The translations under genes and the position numbers were made by a program. Positions 54,501-64,000 of a stretch of 64,000 nt of DNA are shown here, one piece after another (position 1 is the first letter of the stretch; the number at the start of each line of letters is the position of its first letter). Origin of the DNA: the human T2T-CHM13v2.0 reference genome, Homo sapiens; the NCBI RefSeq assembly GCF_009914755.1, contig NC_060942.1; one strand, given 5' to 3'. Under the pieces are notes generated by a model. It saw only the letters and a list, made by a program, of their open reading frames with translations. It made no database searches and was not told where the DNA came from.

Positions 54501-56941
54501 GAATACTTGGATTTGTTTTCTAGGCTACAGGAACTTCAGTTTTGTTCTACTGCTACTGCCTCTAAGAAGCATCTTATAAAGGCCGACAATGTCATGCATG
54601 TATTTAGAACCTTGGTGTGTATCTTAGACTATGCCAGATTGTAGACACTCTCTTGCCCTCCCTTCTCTTTGTTGCATTAGGTATGATAGATGATCTTGAA
54701 CTCTGACTATGAATAATAACTCTTGACCAGAATACAGCACCTCACTAACACAGAATAGACATTTCAAAGGGATTCAGAATGACTGCTTTAAACCAATATA
54801 TGGAGGAAAAGCCAATGATATTAGTATGAATGGGTTTATTTGAAAACGACTTAGTTATGAACTTTGAAGGCCTTTGGAGAAAGGGTGGAATTCTGAGGCT
54901 AAAGTGACAAATTGAAGTAAGTAAATAATAGAGTATTTTGATTATCCTGGAGGTTTTTCTCCAGAAAAAGTAATTTATTTGATGAATTTGGTTACTTCTA
55001 CTAAATAGATTCCAAAACAATTTTTCAATTTTCTATTTTATTTTAATTACATATAAAACCAAAATATAATGAGAAGGCATTTATCCAGCTATCCAATAAT
55101 GTTGCCATAAATATTCTTTATGATTATCACAGCCTGTTTTATTCATGTGGACCATGCCGTGATTCCCAATCAAACCCTAAAGATAACAAAATCTGGTGTC
55201 CATATTCCTTGCTTAGGGATGCTTAAGTGTATTGATATTTCTTTTAAATATAACATCTGCATTCCTTGTTTTCTTTCTTGTGATACCTGAAATGCATTTT
55301 ATTGATAGAATTCCTAGATTAAGCTCTTTATTATCATCATCAGATTATACTTCAGGACTCCCTGGAGGGAAAATAATATGCATACACACACATACACCCA
55401 GTGCTCCAAGATCCACGGAGAGAATTTCAGACAAGGAGAATTTTTCAAAGATAATCACCCTCGTGTTGCTGTTCCTAAGCTACTCTTCAGCCAACACCTC
55501 TCAGTCTGTTGTCCACTATAGATTGCAAGACCCTGGGGAAGTGAACGTTGCTGAGTTCATGAGATTTCTGGAGTTTAATTAAGCTGTAGACAAACTCCTC
55601 ATAGATTACCTCTAGCCCATAGACAATCCCTTTTGCTTCTTTTGTTTTTGTTTATAACAAAATAATGCCACTTTACTCCCACCCTAGAAAGTAAGGACAA
55701 GCATTATTAATGATTTCTTTGCTAATCTTTCTGTCTTTTGGCAGAATGAAGAATAGTTCTTCTGGTGTGAGGATCCACTGGGTTGCCACTGACCCATTGC
55801 CTGAGGGTATGCGATGAAACCAGAATCAGCAACTGTAGATGGCAGCTCAGAAGGGGAAACGACACATCTAATAACCAACAGGAATGGCTATTAATTAGCT
55901 GAAATGACAATAATTAACAGAAATGACAAGTCTAATAAATTTTCACTTAAGTGTTGTCACATGGCACTTTGAGTTTTAGCTTTCCATTTTAAATATTAAT
56001 CTCGGTGGGGTTTACTTTAGATGAAGAGTCATATCAAGTATGACTATGGAAATAATTCTGTACAGACACTCCATCAAATTATGTTTAATCCATTTCACTT
56101 ATGCTATGATCAGTAGAGAGTGTATTAAAAGCTCACATTGTCACCCTAAAAATATATTCTTTTTGTGTGTATCTAATTTATGCTGCTCAGAAACATTCAG
56201 CCACAGGGATCAGAGGGAAGGTGGTTGTTTTTAATTTTCTTTGATATCTTCAAAGATAGGAAAGTCTCACCCCTCTGCTCTTTCCCCCTCTTCAGCAACA
56301 GACAAAGAAGGTTAAATCTTATTAGCATGTCCTATATAGCTAGTTGTAACCTAAGTGACCTGTCATGGCACTAAATGCCTACTAGAACTTTCTCTGTACT
56401 TGCAAGATGGAAATTTTATGCATCAATGCTTTTATGTATGCATCTGATTTGGGAAGTTCACTGCTTTATGGATATGAACATTGTGATCAAGTAAATTGAT
56501 CTACATAATGGGATTTTGTGTGTGTGCGTGCATATATCTATATGGATATGGATGTATGCAAGTGTATTCTAAGAGGAAATATAATACATGAAATGTTAAC
56601 TTTAATGATATGAAATGCATTAAATTCAAACTATCTTGCATGTGTATGCAGATGCATTATGTCTCTATCATTGTACTCTGCAGGGATTTAAGGTAGAAAA
56701 AATTCATCGTATTCTCTGATGTGCCATGCTAAATAAGAGTGCAACATGGTACTATTATAAGCAATAAATAATAATCTCAGAGACCAAGACTTATGAAGCT
56801 TTTAAGAACATCCCTTAGCAAAACAGTGATAAAAATGAAATTGTATTCAGGGACATACAGCTCTTTCTTTCAGATACCCTGACTAAGCTCCTTTGTCTCT
56901 AAACTATCATCTACTGATAACCAAGATTTCTAAATTACTGA

Positions 56942-57370
<429 letters not shown>

Positions 57371-57528
57371 AGCATTAATTTTTTAAAACATACCTTCTTC
57401 AGACAATGCAATATGTTAATGCAGGTCCTAATTAGTTATCTGTAATTAAAATTAAGCTTGTTTGGTAACCCTAAACCTTGACATTAATTTCAGGACAAAG
57501 ACACTCTAAGTAGGCTATACATTGCTGG

Positions 57529-57912
57529 TGTACTGGCTTGGCTAATGCACCCCCCGCCCTAAAAAATTCATGTCCACCTGGAACCTCAGAATGTGGTTCA
57601 CCCTAAATTCAATGCCTTTCATCCTCTTAAGAAGATGACATAAAGATATGAAGAAAAGAAGCCTATATATAGATGCAGGTGGAGATTGGAGTGAGGCATC
57701 TACAAGCCAGGAAACACTAAAAATTATGGAGACAACAGAAGCTAAGAAGAAACAAGGAAGGATTCTTCTCTAGAACCTAAAGAGGGATTATGACCTTGCT
57801 GACACCTCAGTTTTGGACTGCTGACCTCCAGAAATGTGAAAGAATGAATTTCTGTTTTCTGAAGCCCGTCAGTTTGCACAATTTGTTCTGGTGGCCTTAA
57901 GGAACTAATACA
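57529..57912 (+). mobile_element. MLT1C solo LTR with internal deletion
   Basis: aaaattcatgtccacctggaacctcagaatgtg...ctacaagccagg...gattcttctctagaacc...ggaactaataca. Confidence 0.85.
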
Positions 57913-58149
57913 GTGGATATGTTTCATTATTTCTGATAAATTACAAATATATACTCTTGCTTATCAGATATCTGGCCCAGAAAACTTGGAAAGCACAGAG
58001 TTTTAGTTTAAGTCTAATTTATGATTAGCATAGTAAACACATATTTTGAGGTGTGTGCGTGTGTATATATATATGTATATATAATCAATCTATTGTAAGT
58101 ACAAGTAATTGCTTTCTGCTTAGAGATGTCTAGATGTTGATCATGCCTA

Positions 58150-58495
58150 CTAGTCAACAGAGGCTAGGTTATTCTACAGCAACAAGTATCTCCATATTTT
58201 GGAACAACACAACTTATTGATCTACCTCCATTCAGCGAGAATAAAATGCTCTTTCTCTGTTTTGTCCACATTCTGGTACCCTGTCTAACAGATCAGCTAC
58301 TGTCTGCGATATTGCCACTGCCATTGTAGAAGTAAAGGAGAGAAGACTGCAGAATCTAAAATGAGCAATCAAACATCTCACTTCCACTGACAGGCTTTCG
58401 AACAGAACTAGACACTTTACTCCACCTGACAAAATATCAAGAAGAACAATCCCACCATGAGCCCAGGAGGAGAGAGAACACTAAGAACATGAGGA
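58150..58495 (-). mobile_element. Old MLT1 (I/J-like) LTR
   Basis: aggctaggttattctacagcaacaa...caatcccaccatgagcccaggaggagagagaac. Confidence 0.5.
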
Positions 58496-58801
58496 AAAGC
58501 ACAGAAGGTCCCAGCATCATGCTGTGTCCTCACAGATTCTGAGAAAAATCCCTTATACTTCTTCATATTTCTATCCTGTAGAAGAATGTGGTACTCCATA
58601 AGTTGTATTTGTTGATGAATGGATGGATCATATTTGCCAAGCTAACTAACTAATTTAAAATATCTGGATAAGATGGTTTTCTCTTGCACAGTTGTCTTCT
58701 GATTCCAGCTGCCTTCAAAATGAGTTCTATTTGGAAATATAGTGCCATTATAGGAAATATCAATATGAATTCAGAATATCATAAAACTAAAAATTGAGTT
58801 C

Positions 58802-59095
58802 TTTTTTTTGAGATAGGGTCTTGCTCTGTCACTCAGGGTGTGCAGTCAGGGGTGTGATCATGGCTCACTGTAGCCTTGACTGCCTTGGTTCAAGTGATGC
58901 ATCCTCTCACCTCAGCCTCCTGTGTAGCCAGGATCACAGGCATGTGCCACCATGCCAAGCTAATTTTGTTTTTTAGTTTTTGTAAGGATGGGGTCTCCCT
59001 ATCCTTGGTGGTCTTGAACTCCTGGGCTCAAAGGATCCTCCTTCTTCAGCTTCCCAAAATGCCGGGATTCCAGGCGTGAACAACCATGCCCGGCC
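58802..59095 (-). mobile_element. AluJ
   Basis: gagatagggtcttgc...ctcactgtagccttgac...aactcctgggctcaa; degenerate TSD aaattgagttctt/aaactgaattctt. Confidence 0.93.
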
Positions 59096-60041
59096 CAAAC
59101 TGAATTCTTATAGCCAAGAAAAAGCAAACAGGTATCTTGGTTGGCATCTTTAATTATGACTGTCTATGAACAGTGCTTTATTGAAGATGCTATTTAGTGG
59201 TTTTTTTATTGTTTTGTTTTATTCTGTTTTGACTCTAGGACACAACATGGAGAAGTGTCTTTAAGTGAATGCTTCCAAGTAAATGCAAGGACAGCCTTTA
59301 ACCATTCAGAAGTTCCTAATAAGAAAACTGCAGCATCACCAGAACGGAGCACTTCAGAGAGTGGGTTACTTGGCTGATAGAAATTTCACCATTCTCCACA
59401 GGAACTCCACACCTCCACTTGCTGAATTGTGTGCCAAAACCTTCACTAGCTAGTGTTTTTCCAGTGAGACATATCAGTTCTTTTTCTATCTCTACAGCCC
59501 ATTCTATCACATGAACTAACTGATTACGAGGTGAGTTGAAATCAGACAGGCACCTTTCCCTAAGAACTAATTCATGTCAAATTCTGGGTTTTAATTGGCC
59601 AATAATTTCCTAGTTAAGGTGATAGCTATTAAATAAAAGTGACACTTTTAAGTTTAAGGTGTTATCTATTTTAGAAAAAGAAAACACCTATTCTCAAATG
59701 GAGATGTTAAGACTTAAAAGGAATAGAAGTATAATATGAAAATGATAAACAGAGAGGTAGGCAGATTTATGTGCACTTTCCTCCTGCATCATACCACATG
59801 ACTGTCATCTTTCCCATATCTGGGTAACATCTGGCCTTTCATTTTTCTTGCATAATATGTTTTGAGCACCTCACAGACTGATCACATAGTAAGATAAAGT
59901 TTAAAATGCTTTTTATCTTAATATTTTCTGTTTGGCAATAAATGGTCAGACTAGTTGACAGCTGAAAATATTTTTGACTATACAAATTGGATATTGACAG
60001 TTTCTTATTCTGTGGTCCTAACTGAAGAAAGAAAATAAGTA

Positions 60042-60190
60042 TCTCCCTCTCTCCTTTTCTTCTTTCTTTTCTTCCTTATTTTCCTTCTTCTTTTTTCATT
60101 TCTTTCCTTCCTTCCTCCCTGCTTCCCACCCGTCTCCCTCCCTCTCTCCCCCTTCCTCCCTCCCTCTCTCTCTTTCTCTCTTTTTCTTTC

Positions 60191-60224
<34 letters not shown>

Positions 60225-60310
60225 TTCCTTTCTTTCTTCCTTTCTTTCTTTTTCTCTCTCTCTTTCTTTCTTTCTTTCTTCCTTTCTTCCTTTCTTTCTT
60301 TTTCTTTCTT

Positions 60311-60377
<67 letters not shown>

Positions 60378-60522
60378 CTTTCTTTCTTTCTCTTTCTTTC
60401 TTTCTTCCTTTCTTCCTTTCTTCCTTCCTCCCTGCCTTCCTGCCTTACTTCTTTTTCTTTCTTTCATCCTTTTCCATTCTTCCTCTCTCTCCCTCTCCTC
60501 TTTTCTTTCTTCTTCCTCTCCT
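60042..60522 (+). repeat. ~480-bp polypyrimidine tract with (CTTT)n/(CCTT)n/(CT)n arrays
   Basis: Almost entirely C and T; accounts for the K/E/R-rich minus-strand ORF. Confidence 0.97.
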
Positions 60523-60814
60523 TATTTTATGTGGGATTAAGACCTGGAATCTTTACAATCGTATTAAGATCAAAGAAGCAAAACACTAGGTTTAGTAGGG
60601 CAAACCAAATGTACAACTTTTTAGGCCTATATGTGTGTATCTATTAGGAAAAGTTCACTTCATTAATACCAGTATGTATTAAAAATTGACAATCAATTTG
60701 AGAAAAGAACAATAATTTTTAAAAGGGAAAGTAAGAAGTGTTGCTGTTGTTTTGTCATCTCCAACTAACATAAGCATTTATGGCAGTATCAGGGGAAAGT
60801 AGAATGTTAGAGAA

Positions 60815-60960
60815 TGGTGAAGCAGGGTTGAGAGGTCAGGTCTCTGGGAACCACTCTTTTCTATGTCATTTACTGCTAAAATGACCTTTGTCAAGTCATT
60901 ACATGTCCCTGGGGCTCAGTTTCTGCCTTTTTCAATGGCTAGATGTAATGAGACTACTAC
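60815..60960 (+). mobile_element. MIR/MIR3 fragment
   Basis: tgacctttgtcaagtcattacatgtccctggggctcagtttc. Confidence 0.6.
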
Positions 60961-63786
60961 TAAAATAACTTAACTGAATATCACTTACAGGGTATTTTAT
61001 CCTCTTCATTCATTCCCATATAGGAAGCAGAGATAACAGAGAAAATATATTGCACTAAAAAAGTTCAGTTTTTAATTCTGAGTTTACCAGTTTAGATGCT
61101 TAGATATATGCAGCCCCTATACTGGTAATTCCTGACCCTTTTGCGATATTACTGTTGTTTCCATTAGATCTTATGATCAATTGGTAAAGGCACATATTTC
61201 TAGAAATATAAATTTGAATTTCCATCAGCTTCATATCATTTAAGCATAGTAGTCAATTAAAAAAAAGAAGAAGAGGAAGCAAAATAAGGAGGAGAAGGGG
61301 AAGGGGCAAGAGAATGGAAAAAGAAAATAGCAACAGCAAAAGCAGCAGCAATGTGATGTCTCATCAGCATCCAAAAGCCTCATGTCAAAGCTCAACGATA
61401 ATTACATTTTTTTAATCTATAGGAGAAAATCCCACAAACTCTTAAGAGTCCCATTTAACTTTGCACAAATTCTAGGAAATTTTAGTTATCTGCTTTTTTA
61501 GTTCAGAGGAAATTAAAATCAGACAATAATAAGAAAGTTTCCAGGAATTTTGAATGAGACATGACTAACTGCAATTCAAGGAAAAAATGAAGGGCAAGGA
61601 GGCTGAAATTTTTAAAATGCAGCCAGGGAGGTCTGTCAATTGTAATAAAGTGCAATTTTGTTGTGCCAATTTATATATTAATATAAATGAATTCTCCACT
61701 ATATCCAAAGCATGTGCAGGTCATTATGAGAAGATACAAATAGTAATAAGACACGATTCATTTATGCAAAGAAATTTATTTTGAAGCTATTCCTGGACAC
61801 AACAAAAGTGCAATACTGCATTTGGGGATATGCTAAGAGTGGACATACATTTGGGACTGCTGATGCAATCAGACTTGAGGTTCCTATTGCAAAAACAACT
61901 GTTATTCTTGGGCCATTTTTGTCATCAGGGCCAGTCAGTGGGTCTTACCTGGAACTAGTAAGCAAGAAATTTACCAATATGTAGGGGATAGGATATGAAG
62001 ATGTTAGGGTTCTGTTGGTCTTAGTGGCAAGGAGTACTCAAACATGACATATAGGCTCAATACTAGCAAGGCAGGGGCAGAAAGCAATTGTATTCTCAGT
62101 AGGAGTATTGTGCAAGACTTTTCAGAGATTAGTGCTCACTATTCTGGACAAATAAATGATGGAGGGTTAAAGATCCTAGTTTGATGTAGTTCCTTAAGTG
62201 AAAGGGCTTCCAGGGGCTTATCTCTGTGCATCAGTGAGCAGAGTTGTTCTTTGTAGAGTTCCTGCCTCTATACAGGAAGAATCCATGTATGACTGGCATG
62301 TGAAAAAGAGGAATAGGAATTGTAAGTTAACTATGCAAATATCGAGTGGCCCAGTTAACCAAGTAAGGTTTTTAGGAGAAAAATCTTTCTTTCAGTGTCA
62401 TTTATTCCATCATATTGAATACAGTTGGAATGATAGTCTGAATCTTAAATTGATGAGTATGAGAAGAGAATCAAAATAGCATTGAGAAACGGACTTTGTC
62501 AAAAACTGGGGCACCTATGGAGAGGCTTACATTGATTGAGGTACCTACTTACTTGGCTCTGTGAGGGGTACAAAAACCTTATGGCATAAAAGAATGTCTA
62601 GTATTAAAAAAAAGTAAGGAAAAATGAACAGTTTATTCTTACTTCTATAGCCTTCCCGTGATGCAAAGATTAAGAGAAGTTCCAAGTAAAAGTTTCTGAA
62701 TGAATGATTGATAATAGGAAAGAACATGCCATTGGCTAAATGGGAACCCATTAGAAAGTGTGGATTGAATATTTAGTAAGGAGCCTCTAGTGGGCAGAAG
62801 ATAAGATTTGAATTCATTAAAAACAAACAAGAAAAAAAAATAAAGACTCTCTCATTAAAACAGTTATGAGTCTTCTGCCTCTAGATATTATATTGTTACT
62901 AAATCTAGTAAATGTCAATATCTACTAAAGTAATATCTCAATAATATCTACTAAAGTAGACAGAGTAGCTCAGACCCTTTAGAGCCCATGGGCAGTGAGT
63001 GTCTCAAGGTGCCAAGGGCTAACAATAATAAATAAAGGAGAGTTCTGAGAGACAGACGTCTAATTTGGGATGAGGAGAAAATCAGTGGCTGTCATGGTTG
63101 TGAGTCACTACAATTCTAGGAGGAACTGTTTCAATACAAAGGAGATTTTAAAATGTGTTTTCTTGCTTTTTCTTGTATGCATACATATACACATTAGCAT
63201 GCACATCCATGGCATAAAATTCCAAATGCTTCTCTCCTTGTTTAGAATGTTCATTATTGAGCAAGTCTGCAACCAGTCTTGGAGTTATGATGTATCCTGG
63301 ACCTAATAAGGCCAATACAATCTATCATTTAGCTAATCAGGCAAACCCGTATCATTTTTGCAGTAACTTAGAATCCTAAAGGGATCACCAAATAAATAAG
63401 GGGCAAACAGGTAATAGAAGATTGTTTAATTAAAATCCATTTAACTGATCCCCCTACTGTTGGGTTTTCTTAGATTTCTTCACAATCTCTTCCTTTATAT
63501 CTGAGACATGAGCAGCGGTTTATTTCTGTTCAGCCAGTTTTCACAAAGAAGATGAAGCAAAGTGTTGTTTTGGTTTGCTTTCGTTTGTTTGCTTTTTTCG
63601 AATTTGTTGTTTTCTTCATAAGAGTCAGTGTGTATACAAACTTAAATAGAGCAAAACCAGGCTGTCCAGAGGTGTAGAAGCTGACTGGCAGGCTGACCTC
63701 CTTCACCAACGGAATCACTCACTCCAAGCACAAGTGATTCAATTTTGTGCCTCAGCAAAACTGCAGATTACTACATGCTATAGACC

Positions 63787-63900
63787 AGTGGGTTGCAACT
63801 CTGGCTGCAAATTAGAATTCCATTGGAAGCTAATTTTTAAAATTTTTAATATCAATGTCTGGGCCCCCACATGTGGTATGAAACCAGATTCTTGTAAGTC
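63787..63900. mobile_element. MER5-family fragment
   Basis: cagtgggttgcaactctggctgcaaattagaattc...atgtctgggccccc. Confidence 0.6.
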
Positions 63901-63907
63901 GTGTCCC

Positions 63908-63911
<4 letters not shown>

Positions 63912-63945
<34 letters not shown>

Positions 63946-63990
63946 GCGCAAAGACAAAGAATGTGTCTTTGTGTGTGTGTGTGTGTGTGT
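63912..63990 (+). repeat. Two (GT)n microsatellites
   Basis: (GT)16 at 63912-63943 and (GT)10 at 63971-63990. Confidence 0.97.
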
Positions 63991-64000
63991 GAGTGCATGT

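Noticed and set aside
60096-60467. 123-aa K/E/R-rich ORF
   Set aside because: Translation of an (AAAG)n microsatellite
61780-62150. Possible L3/CR1 ORF2 remnant
   Set aside because: Similarity too faint to support by eye

Overview
Primate (human-like) AT-rich non-coding genomic DNA, intergenic or deep intronic. I cannot support any protein-coding gene: the ORF track is explained by Alu, LTR, DNA-transposon, low-complexity and chance ORFs. The window holds about 15 Alus (J, S, Y), solo LTRs (THE1B, THE1C, MSTA, MSTD-like, MER41A, MER21, several MLT1), DNA transposons (MER58A, MER45A/B, MER115, MER20, MER3, MER30, Tigger3a, MER5, MER103C), an old L1M 3' fragment, L2 and MIR relics, and microsatellites. 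Family names come from recalled consensus sequences, not a database search, so subfamily calls and boundaries are approximate. The most interesting unexplained signals are: a compact four-way-junction RNA-like fold at 12901-13031; very old amniote repeat relics (an LF-SINE-like tRNA head near 37.4 kb and a reptile-type CR1 3' end near 38.8 kb); a CpG-retaining, G4-containing element near 5.7-6.3 kb; and an eroded 155-bp palindrome at 54.3 kb. None of these establishes a new biological system. They are candidates to test.
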